Shown: in pieces, positions 1 to 13,272 of the stretch | How positions within the stretch are numbered: position 1 is the first letter of the stretch | Layout of the letters: each line of letters starts with the position of its first letter | DNA from: Mobula hypostoma | Lineage: Eukaryota | Reading direction: 5' to 3' | DNA length: 64,000 nucleotides | Assembly (NCBI RefSeq): GCF_963921235.1 | Contig: NC_086097.1 | Span: 237,958,001-238,022,000 of the forward strand | Position numbers and translations under genes: made by a program | Notes under the pieces: model-generated | What the model was told of the DNA's origin: nothing | Seen by the model: only the letters and a program-made list of their open reading frames with translations | Databases searched by the model: none

Positions 1-320
1 TTAAAAGAATGAGGAGAGGGTCTCATTGAATGCTATCAAATTTTGGAAGGCCTAGATTGAGTGGATCTAGAGAGGATGTCTCTGAGAGTGGAGAAGTCTA
101 GAACCAGAGGTCACAGCTTCAGAATAGAAGAAAGTCACTTTAAAACAGAGATGAGGAGATTTTTTTATACAGAGGGTGGTGAATCTGTGGAATTCATTGC
201 CATGGATGACTGCAGAGGCAAAGTCATTAAGTATATTTAAAGCTAAGGTTGATAGATTCTTAGGGAGTTAAAGGTTAAGGGAAGAAGACAGGAGAATTGG
301 GTTGAGAGGGATAATAAGTA
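1..320 (+). mobile_element. CR1 LINE 3' fragment (end of ORF2 and 3'UTR); its tail appears to resume at ~3508-3595
   Basis: Degenerate CR1 ORF2 C-terminal sequence (ctagaaccagaggtcacagc..., agagggtggtgaatctgtggaattc) matching other CR1 copies in the window; 3508-3595 carries the missing tail (...ctaattctgct...atggtctatggtct). Confidence 0.85.
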
Positions 321-324
321 AGAT

Positions 325-3300
325 CAAAAGACCATAAGATATAGGAGCAGAATTAGGCGATTTGGTCCATTGAGTCTGCTCTGCCATGGCTCATCCTTTC
401 TTCCCCTCTTCAGCCCCACTCCCCAGCCTTCTCCCCGTAACCTTTGATGTTGTGTCCATTCAAGAACCTATCAAGCTCTGCCTGAAATAAAACACACACA
501 ACAACCTGGCTGCCACAGCTGCCTGTGGTAACAAATTCCACAAAGTCATCAGTCTCTAGCTAAAGAAATTTCTCCGCATCTCTGTTTTAAATTGATGCCC
601 CTCTTATACTGAGATTGTGCCCTCTTGTCCTAGACTCCCCCACCATGGGAAACATCCTTTCCACATTTATTCTGCCTAGACCTTTCAACACCCGAAAGTT
701 CTCAAAAAGATTCCCCTTCATTCTTCTAAATTCCAGCGAGTGCAGACCCAGAGCCATCAAATACTCCTCGCATGATAATCCTTTCATTCCTGCAATCATC
801 CTTTTGAACCTCTTCTGAACCCTCTCCAATGCTAGCACATCTTTGCACCATACACAAGGTAGTGCCTTATAAAGCCTCAGCATCACATCACTGCTTTTGT
901 ATTCATGATCTCCTGAAATGAATGCAAATATTGCATTTGCCTTCCTCACCATCAAATCAACCTGCAAGTTAATCTTTAGGGTGTTCTGCACATGGATTCC
1001 CAAGTCCTTTTGCATCTCAGATTATTGGATTTTCTGATTTAGAAAATAGTCTGCATATTTATTACTTCTGCCAAGATGCATGACCACACATTTTCCAACA
1101 TTGTATTTTATTCTCCACTCTCTTGCCCATTCTCCAAATCTGTCTAAGTCCTTTTGCAACCTACCTGTTTCCTCAATGCTACCTGCCCCTCCACCAATCT
1201 CTATATCATCTGCAAACTTGCCACTAAAGCCATCTATTCCATCATCTCAATCATTGATATACAGCATAAAAAGAAACCAGCCCTTTCAGAACACCACTAG
1301 TCACTGACAACCAACCAGTAAAGGATCCTTTACTTCCACTCGCTGTCTCCTACTAACCAGCCAATGCTCCAACCATGCCAGTAACTTTCCTGTAATATCT
1401 TGGTAAGCAGTCTCGTGTGTGGTATTGCTAGTGTCTTCCACATTGAAAACTGATGCAAAATACTCATTTAGTTCATCTGCCATCTCTTTATCCCCTGTTA
1501 TTATTTCTCCGACCTCATTCCCTTGCAGTCCTATATTCACTCTCATCTCTCTTTTATTTTTTACATACTTGAAAAAGCTTTTAGTATCCACTTTGATGTT
1601 GCTTGATGACTTGCCTTCATATTCTATCTTTTCCCTCCTAGTGGTTCTTAGTTGCTCTCTGTAGGTCTTTAAAAGTTTTCCAATCCTCTATCTTCCCACT
1701 AATTTTTGTTTTGTTGTATGCCTTCTCTTTTGCTTTTGCATTAGCTTTTTCAGCCACAGTTGTACTAATTTGCTATTTGAATATTTCTTTGTTTTTGAAA
1801 TACATCTATCCTGCACCTTCCTTATTTTTCCTCAATCCACTACTGCTCTGCTCTCATCCCTGCCAACATCTCCTTTCAATTTATTTTGGCCAACTCCTCT
1901 CTTATAGCACCGTAATTTCTTTTACTCCACTGAAGTGCTGCAACATCAGACTTTACCTTCTCCCTATCAAATTGCAAGTTGAAATCAATCATATTGTGAA
2001 ATCTGCATCTTAAGGGTTTTTTTGACCTTAAGCTCTCTAATCACCTCCAGTTCACTACATAACTCCCAATCCAGTATAACTGATCCCCTAGTAGGCTCAA
2101 CTACAAACTGCTTTAAAAAGCCATCTCATAGGCACTCTCTTGAGATCCATTACCAACCTAAATTTTCCAATCGCCCTGCATGTTGAAATCTCCCATGACT
2201 ATCATAACTTTGCCCTTTTGACACGCCTTTCGATTTCCCATTGTAATCTGTGGTCCACATCCCAGCTACTGTCAGGAAGCCTGTATATAACTGCCATCAG
2301 GGTCCTTTTCCCTTGCGGTTTCTTAACTCGACCCACAGGTATTCAACATCTTCTGATCCTATGTCAATTTTTCTACTGATTTGATGCCAACCTTTAACAG
2401 CAGGGCCACACCACCCCCTCTGCTTATCCTCCTATCCCTCTGATACAATGCATAACCTTGGTCATTAAGCTCCCAACTACAACCACCCTTCAGCCATGAT
2501 TTGATGGTGGCCACAACATCATTCCCGAAAATCTGTAAGAGTGCAACAAAATCATCCACCTTATTTCTTATTTCTTATACTCCGAGCATTGAGATACACT
2601 TTGAGTATTGTATTTGTTACCCTTTTTGATTCTGCATCCTTAATCCACTGATTCTCGCCCTGCTGGTTGCTATTATGTCCTATCATCTACCTGCTCTTAC
2701 TGACACTCTGCCTGCATGCTATCTTTATTTTTTTACCATCCATCCTATCCTAAGTCCTTTCACTCCAGTTCACACCTCCTCCCCTGCTAAAGTAGTTTAC
2801 ATCCTCCCCAAAAGCTCTGACAAATCTACCTACAAGAATATTGGTTCCCGTCGGATTCAGGTGTAACACCTACTTTGTGCAGGTCATAAATCCCACAGAA
2901 GGGATCCCAATAGTCCAGGAACCTGAAGCCTTTCCCCCCGCACCCACTTCTCAGCCTGGCATTAATCTGCCAAATCATCCTGTTTCTACCCTCACTGGCA
3001 CGTGACACAGGCAGCAATCGTGAAATTATTACACGGGGGGGTCCTGCTTCTCAGCTTTCTGCCTTGATCTCAGAATTTTCTCTTCAGGACCTCTTTGCTT
3101 TTCCTTCCTATGTTATTGGTACCAATATGCACCAAGACATCTGGCTGCTCTCCCTCCCCCTCCAAAATGCTGTGTACACGTTCTGAGACGCCCCCGATCC
3201 TAGCACTTGTGAGGCAAAACACCATCTGGGTGTCCCATTCATGTTCACAGAATCTCTTGTCTGTTCCTCTGACTATTGAGTCCCCTATTACCATCGCTCC

Positions 3301-3507
3301 CTTCTTCTCTCTCTTTCCCTTCTGCACCATGGAGTCCTGGTTAGTGCCAGTAACCTGGTCTCTGTGGCATTTTCCTGAGAGGTCACAACAGTACCCAAAA
3401 TGGTATATTTATTATTGAGGGAAATAGTCACAGGGGTTATCTGCGCTAACTGGGTATTCACATTTCCATTTTTTATGACTGTCACCCAGCGACTCACTTC
3501 CTGTAAC
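325..3507 (-). mobile_element. Degenerate, internally deleted CR1 LINE (SGNH-esterase ORF1, APE and RT remnants, 3' tail)
   Basis: ORFs 3070-3497 and 2826-3017 (NKYTILGTV, VIGDSIVRG, VHIGTNNIGR) are ORF1; 2359-2559 (DRRISRGGGVALL) is APE; 1301-1591 and 587-1015 (KSFFKYVKNKR, SRTRGHNL) are ORF2; tail at ~328-360. Confidence 0.92.
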
Positions 3508-3844
3508 TTAGCTATGAAGTAATGGCAGAGAAGACTCGATCAGCCGAATCACCTAATTCTGCTTCAATGTCATCTGGTACATGGTCTATGGTCTAATTAT
3601 ACCGTGTTATTATATTGTCTATCCATGCTATGTCTATCTGCTGCACCATTCTTTCTTGAAGTATCTTAATATCCTCCTCTCAGCCAAAGTTTAACATTAA
3701 TTATATAGCAAGAGAGACAGTGGTCCAGTTTGAAGTTTCCTAGCACATTTATCTGGAAAGTCAAGAGGACCTATTGGTGCAATTAAAATAAATGACCAAA
3801 GGCAAGAAATGAAATCAGCTTGCCCACGAAAAATCAAAGTTCAG

Positions 3845-4280
3845 AGTTCATACACAAAATGCTGGGGGAACTCAGCAGGTCAGGCAGCTTCTGTGGAGTA
3901 GAATGAGCAGTCAGCATTTCAAGCTGAGATTTTCCATCAGGACTGGAATGGAAGGGTGACAGAAATCAGAATAAGAAAGTGGAGGGGGATGGCGAGGAGG
4001 GGAAGGAGCACAAGCTAGCGGGTGATAGCTGAGACCGGGTGAAAGGGAAAGTGGGTGGGTGGGGAACCATTGAGATGATGTAAGAAACTGGGAGGTGATA
4101 GGTAGAAGACGTAAAGGGCACTTCTGCCATCTTCTTTCCAGTCCTGATGAAAGGTCTCAACCTGAAATATCAAGTGTTCTCTACCCTCTATAAATGCTGC
4201 CTGACTTGCTGAGTTCCTCCAGCACTTTATTGCTTGTTGCTCAAAATTTCCAGCATCTGGAGACTCTCTTATGTCTATAA
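3845..4280. mobile_element. Penelope-derived non-autonomous foldback element
   Basis: Left arm acacaaaatgctgggggaactcagcaggtcaggcagc and inverted right arm gctgcctgacttgctgagttcctccagcac; degenerate hammerhead motif in each arm; homologous to 24237-24660. Confidence 0.8.
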
Positions 4281-4297
4281 CTTGCCCACTAAAGCCT

Positions 4298-4335
4298 CTT
4301 TCTCTCTGTCTCTCTGTCTGTCTGTCTCTCTTTCT
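4298..4335. repeat. (TC)n/(TCTG)n microsatellite
   Basis: tctctctgtctctctgtctgtctgtctctc. Confidence 0.8.
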
Positions 4336-4779
4336 TCTGTATCCTTAACCTACTTTAATAAATGTTCCTGTGTCTCAATTCCCAGGATCTTATAGTCTGC
4401 TCACTGCAATTATGCTGTTAAATCCATTTCTAAAGCCTGACAGCAATGTTGCAGACCCTAAAGGCCATCTAAAAACTAAATGAAAGATCAGTTTTATTGT
4501 AATATTTTATCATTCACTGCAGTTTGAAATACAGCTGTTCCTGTACAATGTAATGCAATAGGGCTGGAGGGTCAATGAACAAATTAACAAGAAAAATAAC
4601 GGAGGGAAATCACTGTTTGCTTACATACAGATTTATTTTAGTTTTCAAAATAGAACTGGATATATACCTGAAAGAGAAATGATTCAAGAATAAATGGAGC
4701 AGCTGTTGTGCCTTTGAAAAGAAGCCGTCAGACTCTCAATTACGATCCTGTGCGTTGCTCTGCTTTACAAGTATTCCGG

Positions 4780-5130
4780 ATCACAATCATTTTTAATATC
4801 ACTGGCATATGTCATGAAATTTGTTAACTTAGTGGCAGCAGTACAATGGAATAGATGATAAATAAAAAAGTAAATCAATTACAGTATATATGTATATTAA
4901 ATTGATATATAGTGCAGAAACAGAAATAATATTTTTTTTAGAAAGCGAGGTAATGTTCATGGGTTCAATGTCCATTTAGGAATCAGATGGCAGAGGGAAA
5001 AAGCTGTTCTTGAATCACTGAGTGTGTGCCTTCAGGCCTCTGTACCTCCTTCCGGATGGTAACAATGAGAAGAAACCATGTCCTGGATGATGGGGGTCCT
5101 TAATAATGGATGCCACCTTTCTGAGGAACT
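4780..5130 (-). mobile_element. Rex1/Babar-type LINE 3' fragment
   Basis: Minus strand encodes the LLPSGRRYRxL...FKNSFFP C-terminal motif followed by the tail shared with 19585-19970, 23315-23815 and 41330-41480. Confidence 0.75.
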
Positions 5131-6269
5131 GCTCCAAATCAAGTATTCCAAATCAATCTACAGTTTTTCCCATCCTGGTGCTTCACGATCTATGTTCAAA
5201 ATTGCTTTGATTTCTCACCATTTTGACATTTGTTCAGTCTTTGTATCGGCATTCATCATTAAAAACCACTGCTGCTGAATTTATCCCTGATCACTTAATG
5301 CTCAGTTTACTAATTGTCACTATACATGGCTTCTAGGTTTCAAAGAGGCCCATTGAACTAAATTTTTGGATGGTGTGGAGCATTTTGTACATTTTGTGGA
5401 AAGGGTATACATTTAGTGAAAGTGATCCAGAATGAAGTTACACTCTCATCGTCCTTTCAGTTTTGTTAGTTGGATGTCATTGCAGACTTTGGCCAATATG
5501 TGGCTCTGTGAACCAAGTTTCTAAATTCTATTATTTTCTTCACATTTCATAGTCAAAACCCACATCTTTATCCCATTCTGGTCCAATATGTCCTGTTAAA
5601 TCTCATCTGACTTCCTCTTTTTCATTGACTTAATACTTTCTCCAGCTGTTCATTTTCCCTCTTTCCTTAGACTTATTGTTATGCACCTTTCACCCAAGCT
5701 CTTCATTCTAGTATCTAGCTTTTTTTTGCCTCCTAGCTGCAACTTCAGTCATCTGACCTCCAACCTCACACAATCACTGCATCCACCCACCTATCTTCAT
5801 CACCCTGACATTTTACTCCATTCTGACGCACACCAAACCCTCACTGGCCCATTCTTTCCTGCTCCCTCTTTACTGATGTTAATTCACTTTAGCCCCTTTT
5901 GAAACTATTGCCCCTTGTCTTTCTCAAATCACCCCACCATCCCTCACTCTCGCTTACAACTGTCTCTTTCTTAACGAGTGTTTGGAATGGTTTAAGTGGT
6001 CCAATTTAATATCAGAGAATGTGTACAGTATACAACATGGAATTCTTACTCAACAATACTACCATTTTCAAAAAAATATATGTTTGCAGTGGGACCTGTC
6101 TGGTGAACTGAATTGCCAGCTTCTCACATGTTAACAGTAGGTATGATGGCAATAGGCAGTCTGCAGCCATTACAGAAATCAGCAGAGTTCCCTTTTCATT
6201 TTAGTTATTGATCTAAAGATGAAGAGGGATAAATTCGTACTTGCTCACTAAGATGTATGACAGCATCAA

Positions 6270-7392
6270 AGTGCAAAGTTGAAAGTAAATTTATTGTCAA
6301 AGTAGATATATGTCACCCTGTACAACACTGAGATTCAATGTCTTTTTAGATTAGATTTAGATGATGAGGACACACAGTCCTCTTTTATTGTCATTTAGTA
6401 ATGGATGCATTAAGAAATTATACAATGTTTTTCCAGAATGATATCACGAAAACTCATGACAAACCGACTTAAAAACTAACAAAAACCACATAATTATAAT
6501 ATATAGTTACAACAATGCAAAGTAATACCGTAATTTGATAAGAACAGACCACGGGCACGGTAAAAATCTCAAAGTCTCTCGAAAGTCCCATCATCTCACG
6601 CAGACGGTGAACCTCCAGCGCCAACTTGCCGATGCAGCATCCTGGAAGCATCCGACCACAGTCCAACTCCGAGTCTGTCCGAAAACTCCGAGCCTCCGAC
6701 CACCTCTTTGACACCGAGCACTGAGCACCATCTCTGCCGAGCGCTTCAACCCCGGCCCCAGCAACAAGCAATAGGCAAAGCCGAGGATTTGGGGCCTTTG
6801 TCTCCGGAGATTCTCGATCGCACAGTAACAGCGGCAGCGAAGCGGGCATTTCAGAAGTTACTCCAGGTGTTCCTCCGTACTCTCACGGCTGTGTCTATCA
6901 AATCCGGATTGTGCACGGCCTCCCTAGTTACACAATATGATATTCATTTGGAACAGCCGCGCGCGCTGTGTCATGCTGCCATCTTCTCCTCCCTCCCTGA
7001 AGGCACACTCAATAAATGCATAATAAAATAAGAACCATAAAATCTATGAAAGACTGCACCAACTTAGGTGTTCAACCAATGTGCGAAAGACACCAATCCA
7101 TGCAAATTCAAAAAGAAAGAAATAGTACTAAATAAATAAGCAGTAAATATTGAGACCATGAGATGAAGAGTTCTTGATGAGTCCATAGGTTGTGGGAACA
7201 TTTCAGTGATGGGGCAAGTGAAGTTATCCCCTTTGGTTCAAGAACTTGATGGTTGGGAGGTAATAACTGTTCCTGAACCTGGTGGTGTGAGTCCTGAGGT
7301 TCCTGTACCTTCTTCCTGATGGCAGCAGCGAGGAGAGAGAATGACCTGGGTGGTGCGGGTGCCTGATGATGGGTGCTGCTTTCCTGCACTCC
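6270..7392 (-). mobile_element. Rex1/Babar-type LINE 3' fragment split by the 6347-6996 insertion
   Basis: Tail (aaagttgaaagtaaatttattgtcaaagta) at ~6270-6345; body with ccatcaggaagaaggtacaggaacctcaggactc motif on the minus strand at ~7000-7392. Confidence 0.75.
6347..6996 (-). mobile_element. Non-autonomous LINE-derived element with (TCTAA)n tail
   Basis: CpG-rich body, 5' end GGAGAAGATGGC on the minus strand, ttagattaga tail; second copy at 62156-62841. Confidence 0.75.
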
Positions 7393-7529
7393 GAATATAA
7401 AAAGCTCCTGATAATTCAGTTCCACAATTATTGGAACCAAAAGTCAAAAGTGAGAAGTGAGTTCAAATAGCTGATAAAACTTTAGCGACAAATTTCTCCT
7501 TTTAGCTTTAAAAAATGCAGTGATGTGTA

Positions 7530-7735
7530 GCATACACAAAATGCTGGAGGAACTCAGCAGGCCAGGCAGCATCTATGGAAAAGAATAAACAGGTGATGTT
7601 TCGGGCGGAGACCCTTCATCAGGATTATTGATTGTCCGATCAGGACTATTGATGCTGCTTGGCCTGCTGAGTTTCTCCACCATTTTGTGTGTGTTGCTTG
7701 GACTTCCGGCATCTGCAGATTTTCTCTTGTTTGTG
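7530..7735. mobile_element. Penelope-derived foldback element
   Basis: acacaaaatgctggaggaactcagcaggccaggcagcatc ... gatgctgcttggcctgctgagtttctccaccattttgtgt; hammerhead core on the minus strand at ~7592-7625. Confidence 0.8.
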
Positions 7736-8639
7736 ATGTGTAACGCCGTCATTTTAATTTACTTTATTAGACATTACTTTGTCCTTACAGTAGATGTGTG
7801 GTTTAATGATTTCTATGTATTGAAATTTCATACAAGACCTATTTATGCACAGTAATATGTAATCAGCTGATCAACAATCTCATATTAATGTTTGTAAATA
7901 TATTATAGTTCATTTTTCCTGATTTATGTTACAAAATACAGTATTTAATGCAATGCTCTAAGTCCATTGATGTAAACCGTTACATATATTCTGAGTTTTT
8001 TTTTGTATTCATCCACTTTTTTCTCATACTCCAAATACTTGTAGTTTTTCTGTCAAAATTGCAACCTGAGGTATTTCCTTCCTTTTCATTTATGTGATCT
8101 GAAAACTTCTTGGTTGCTACTTGCTTGAAGTGTGAATCACTCCAGTTGTTTCAATGTGCAAGCATAGACAGCATGCAACCAGCACACCAAAATGCATTGA
8201 ATCAAACTCATTTCATCAAATTGATGCTGACAAAAATGATCTGTTTTAGCACACTGTTAAGGAGAATGCAGAGGTTAATTTAAAATAAACACATTGGTGG
8301 ATTTACCTCGAATGCAGAAGAAAGAAAAACTGATGAAATGTATCTATTGCAATGGATCAGATCAGAAAAAATGCCATCCCTTTGAACTCTGCTCAGTGTT
8401 AGTTCTTAGGCACACAGGCTAAAATGGAAATCCTTCTGCATTTTATATCTGCTACTGCAAGTTGAATGATAAAGCTGTTCACTTAGAAGCTGCACCTATT
8501 ATCAAAACCAGGCATAATATCACTGGTATATGCCTTGAAATTTGCTGTTTTCGTGACAGCAGTACATTACAATATATAATGATGAAAACGCTGAATTACA
8601 GGAAGTAAAGGATAGGTACATGGATGATAGGGGTATCGT

Positions 8640-8795
8640 AAACACAAAATACTCTGCAGATGCTGGGGTCAAAGCAACACTCACAACACGCTGGAGGAAC
8701 TCAGCAGGTCGGGCAGCATCGGTGCAAACGATCAGTCAACGTTTCGGGCTGGAACCCTTTGTCAGGACTGAAGAGGAAAGGGGCAGAGGCCCTAT
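8640..8795 (-). mobile_element. Penelope terminal-repeat fragment inserted in a CR1 3' tail (~8600-8920)
   Basis: Homology to 24500-24660; minus strand 8733-8770 reads CAGTC CTGACAA AGGG TTCCAG CCC GAAAC GTT GACTG. Confidence 0.75.
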
Positions 8796-8924
8796 AGGAT
8801 ATGATGGGGTATGGAGGGCTATTGTCCCGGTGCAGGCCGATGGGAGTAGGCAGTTTACCTGGTTCTGACATAGACTAGGTGGGTCAAAAGGCCTATTTCT
8901 GCATTGTACTTTTCTATGACACTC

Positions 8925-8927
8925 ATC

Positions 8928-8961
<34 letters not shown>
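8925..8961. repeat. (CT)n microsatellite
   Basis: Near-perfect CT run. Confidence 0.95.
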
Positions 8962-8964
<3 letters not shown>

Positions 8965-9109
8965 ATATATATGTTATGCATTCATTTACACTAATCCCAT
9001 TTTAGTCTCCCCACCTTCCTGTCAACTCATCCCAGGTTCTACCACACAGCTCCACACCAGTGCCAATTTACCTATCATTAACTTATCAGCTCACACATTT
9101 TTGGCAGTT

Positions 9110-9695
9110 TTGAGCACTACAGCATGGAATCAGCCCCTTTGGCCCATCTAGTTCATGCCAAACTGTTATTCTGCCTAGTGCCATTGACTCGCACCCTGGA
9201 TCCTAGCTCTCCACATGCCTCCCATTCGTGCACTTATCCAAACTTCTCTCAAATGCTGCAATCAGCCCCACCTCCATCACTTCCACTGGCAGCTCATTTT
9301 ACACTTGCACCACCCTCTCAGTGAACTCAGCAGATCATGCAACATCTTGGAGAGGAATAAACAGTTGACGTTTTGGGTCAAGATCCTTCATCAGGACTGG
9401 AAAGGAAGCAGGAAGTGTGTTGCTCAGTGAAACATACTTTGCATGTACCCTATCTATACCTTCATAATTTTGTATCTCTCTATCAAATCGTCCCTCATTC
9501 TCCTTCGCCTCAGGGAATAGAGTCCTAACCTAGTCAACCTTTCCCTGTAATTCAAGTCCTCAAATCCTGGCAGGATCTCTGTAAATTTTCTCTGAACTCT
9601 TTCAATCTTCTTGATGTTTTCCTGTAAGCAGGTGACCAGAACTGCAAGCAATACTCCAAATTGGTCCTCACTGATTTCTTATACAACTTCAACAT
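9110..9695 (-). mobile_element. CR1 3' fragment interrupted by a Penelope-derived fragment (~9320-9425)
   Basis: ORF 9454-9651 IERVQRKFT...LGLYSLRRRRMRDDLI; insert carries a hammerhead-like motif at 9362-9399. Confidence 0.8.
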
Positions 9696-10029
9696 TACAC
9701 GTTAACTGTGGAAGAAAACTCGGGCACTTGGAGGGAACCAATACAAACACCAGGAGAATGCACAAGTGCTACACAGGTGGCATCAGAAGTTATGACTGAA
9801 CTTCAGTCCTCGAGTTGTGAAACAACAATCAATGAGCTATGTTATAGCATTGTGGATAGAGAGTGTGGTGAGTGCAGCCTGAAATGACGCTATTTGTTAC
9901 TCTGTGTTATATGGATTACCCCATAGTAATAATGATCAGTTAGGGACAGAGAGAACCTGTACTTACTGACAAGTACCTTTATTGTCTCAACTAAAAAGCA
10001 CATGAATCTACATCACCCTGATTTGACCA

Positions 10030-10852
10030 CACTTATGGTGTTCAGTTCTGGGAAGGATGACAAGGCTTCAGTGAGAGTGCAGAGGAGATTAACCGAGATG
10101 CTACCTGGACTAGAGGGCATGTTTTATGAGGACGGGCTGAGTGATAGCTTTTCTTTTGGAATAAAGGAGGAGAAGTGAACAAGAGGCAGAGATCTCATGG
10201 ATAGCCAGATACATCTCTCTCAGGGCGGAAATGGATAATGCGAAGGGGTATAATTTTAAGGTGATTAGAGGAAGGTATTGGAGAGGGAATGCTAGAGGTA
10301 AGTTTTTTTTTTACACAGAGAGTGGTAGATGTGTGGAAAACACTACCAGAGGTGGTGGCAGAGGCAGGAACATTAAGGGCATTTGAGAAACACCTAAATA
10401 GGCATATGGATGATAAAATGGAGGGCTATGTAGCTGGCCCCAACCATGAGTAAATAGTCCCACTGCCTTGTGGGCAGACTTGGAAGAGATGAAGCCTGTG
10501 GGAGTGAACCAAGACAGAAAATCTGGACTGGAGCCCCCAAGGTGGCTGGACATCCTTCCACCAGCTCCTACAGCCAAGCTGGTGCCAATGTATTACTTTG
10601 CTGTCTTTTGGACTACGCCAGTGAGGCCGAGAGAGGGATTGTGACAACTGGGCATCCCAGGATCTCCATGCCTTCCGCCCAGGCTTGCGCCCTGGAGAGG
10701 TCACTCTAGTGTTGCTATCCAATGTCCTTCAACACTGACAGATGCCATCAGTAGGAGGGAAGGGCTAGAATGATTTTAGAGTATGTTAAAAGGCTGACAT
10801 GTTGTGGGCCAAAGGGTTTGTCCTGTACTGTAGTGTTTTATGTTCTATGTTC
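10030..10852 (+). mobile_element. CR1 3' fragment interrupted at 10434-10750
   Basis: gagagtgcagaggagattaaccgagatgctacctgga, ttttttacacagagagtggtag and tail gttttatgttctatgtt; gtag on both sides of the insert. Confidence 0.8.
10434..10750 (+). mobile_element. Non-coding short element related to the SINE body (probably RTE-dependent)
   Basis: 23-nt exact match (10677-10699) to the SINE at 18724-19037; similar 3' end actgacagatgcc. Confidence 0.6.
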
Positions 10853-11599
10853 ATTCAGACTGTGGGAGGGAATTTTGTAATGAAGAGAACTGCAGGTTGT
10901 GGGATCCATAGTCCACAGGATATTGAGTTTTCAAGGAAGTAGGTAAGTATTTTACTTCGGATTGCACTAAAGCTGAGAGCGCGCGCTGGAATCTGTGCTA
11001 GGTTAAAGGCTAACCCCTGCAGGATGGCCCTCCAGTCAATACTGCTCTCCGATGTTCACTCCCTGGAAAACAAACTGGATTTCCTTTGTCTGCAATGAAC
11101 CCAGCATGAGCTGAGGAAGTGCTGTGTGATTATTTGAACTGAAACGTCTCCAGGACAAAAAGCAATGCACCTTCAAACTTCAAGCCATGCCATTCGGGGA
11201 CTTGTGCTAATATTACTTAGTGACTGTAGTCTGCTTTATTGCAGCTGCATGTGCTGGGTGATATGTACCATGTTTTACATCTTTGCTCCAGAGAAATAAT
11301 GTTTCCTTCAGCTGTGTACATGTGTATGTGTATGAACTTGAACCTGATTAGACCATGTTCTTCGCCCATGCACCCATGTAGTGCTCCAGCAGAGAGTTGC
11401 ATGAGGTGTTACATCTCTGGCACAGAAATCAAATTGAGTTGTAGGGCTGGCTGCAAAGCTATTGGAACACTGCCCCAATGCAGTTACCAAAATAGAACGT
11501 GATACAAGTTCTGGACCATTATGTATTTCCTTTTTAACATTCTATTCTTGTAGCCAGAGAAATTAACAAAATAAATCATATGTTGAATGAACTTCACAA

Positions 11600-11930
11600 A
11601 CAAGACGCTGGAGGAACTCAGTGGGTCAGGCAGTTTCTATGGAGATATGCTATCAGCTGAGACCCTCAATCATGACTGGAAAGGAAGGAAGCGGAAGCCA
11701 GATTAAGAAGGAGGGGGTAAGGAAAGGAATACAAGCTGACCAGTGACAGGTGAAACCAGGTGATGAGAAGGTGATGCAGAGGGAGGGATGAACAAAGAAG
11801 CTGGGAGGTGATAGTTGGAAGAGGTAAAGGGTTGAAGAGGAAGGGATCTGATAGGAGAGGAGAGTGAACCATGGGAGAAAGGGGAGAGGCATCAGAAGGA
11901 GGTGATGGGCAAGTGAGTTTTGACAGATTG
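11600..11930 (-). mobile_element. Penelope terminal-repeat fragment
   Basis: Reverse complement of the pyrimidine-rich region 24237-24610. Confidence 0.75.
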
Positions 11931-11932
11931 GA

Positions 11933-12145
11933 ATCATAGAGTCATAGAAAAGTACAGCACAGAAACAGGCCCTTCGTCCCATCTAGTCCATGCTGAACAG
12001 TTTAAACTGCCTACTCCTATTGACCTGCACTGGGACCATTGCCCTCCATTCCATGTACCTCTCCTAACTTCTCTTATATGTTGAAATCAAGATCACATGC
12101 ACCACTTGCACTGGCAGCTCAGTCCACACTCTCATGATCCTCTGG
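11933..12145 (-). mobile_element. CR1 3' tail
   Basis: catagaaaagtacagcacagaaacaggcccttcg CR1 terminus. Confidence 0.75.
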
Positions 12146-13272
12146 AGATGATTTTAATACTGACAGAACCATTTAACAATTAAGATTTCAAGTTGATTTT
12201 TATAATATATCAATATTTGTGCATCTGTATTGAAGTAGAGAATTTCACCTGATTGTGACCTTTATAAAAATACTGTTCAGATTGTCAAATATCCTCTCCC
12301 TAGTCACCACCGCTGAGACAGTTTCTAATATTGCACAGACCAGCTTTCCTTGAAATTTGAAAAGGAGGGAACAAGTGACCATTGTTTCAGTCAGAACTGA
12401 TTAACGTCTGATATATAAGGTAATTCTATACTATCATACTTACTTACTTATGGCCTGTTACACCAGTGGCATTTTGGGCAGCAATGATGGTCCCCCATCC
12501 AAGCTTCCTTCATCATGTCAGTAGCTTCCTCTCAGTTTTCACTACTACCAGTCATGCAATTCCACCAGTTCTAACTGCCCATCATCTTTACATTGTCTTG
12601 GACATGACATTATCAATATAGACACTAGACACTAGAATACTACAGCACAGTACAGGCCCTTCAACCCCCAATGTTGTACCGACTCATATATTCCTTAAAA
12701 AAAATCGTAATAAACCCACACTACCCTATAACCCTGTATTTTTCTTTCAGCCATGTGCCTGTCCAAGATGCTCTTAAATACCCCTAATGTTTTAGCCTCC
12801 ACCACCATCCCTGGCAAGTCATTCCAGGCACCCACAACCCTCTGTATAAAAAACTTTACCCCTGATGTCTCCCCTAAATTTCCCTCCCTTAACTTTGCAC
12901 ATATGCCCTCTGATGTTTGCTATTCATGCCTTGGGAAACCGGTACTGGCTATTCACCCTATATATGCCCCTCATAATCTTGTAGACCTCTATCAAGTCCT
13001 CTCTCATCCTTCTATGCTCCAAAGAGAAAAGTCCCAGCTCTGCTAACCTTGCCTCATAAGACTTGTTTTCCAATCCAGGCAACATCCTGGTAAATCTCCT
13101 CTGCTCCCTCTCCATAGCTTCCACATCCTTCCTCTAATGAGGTGACCAGAAACGAACACAATACAACACAAGTGTTGTCTCACCAGAGATTTGCAGAGTT
13201 GCAACATGACCTCTCTACCCTTGAACTCAATCCCCCTATTAATGAAGCCTAGCATCCCATAGGCCTTCTTAA

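Noticed and set aside
5580..5970. Pyrimidine-rich stretch possibly from a Penelope RT-EN linker
   Set aside because: Too degenerate to support by eye.
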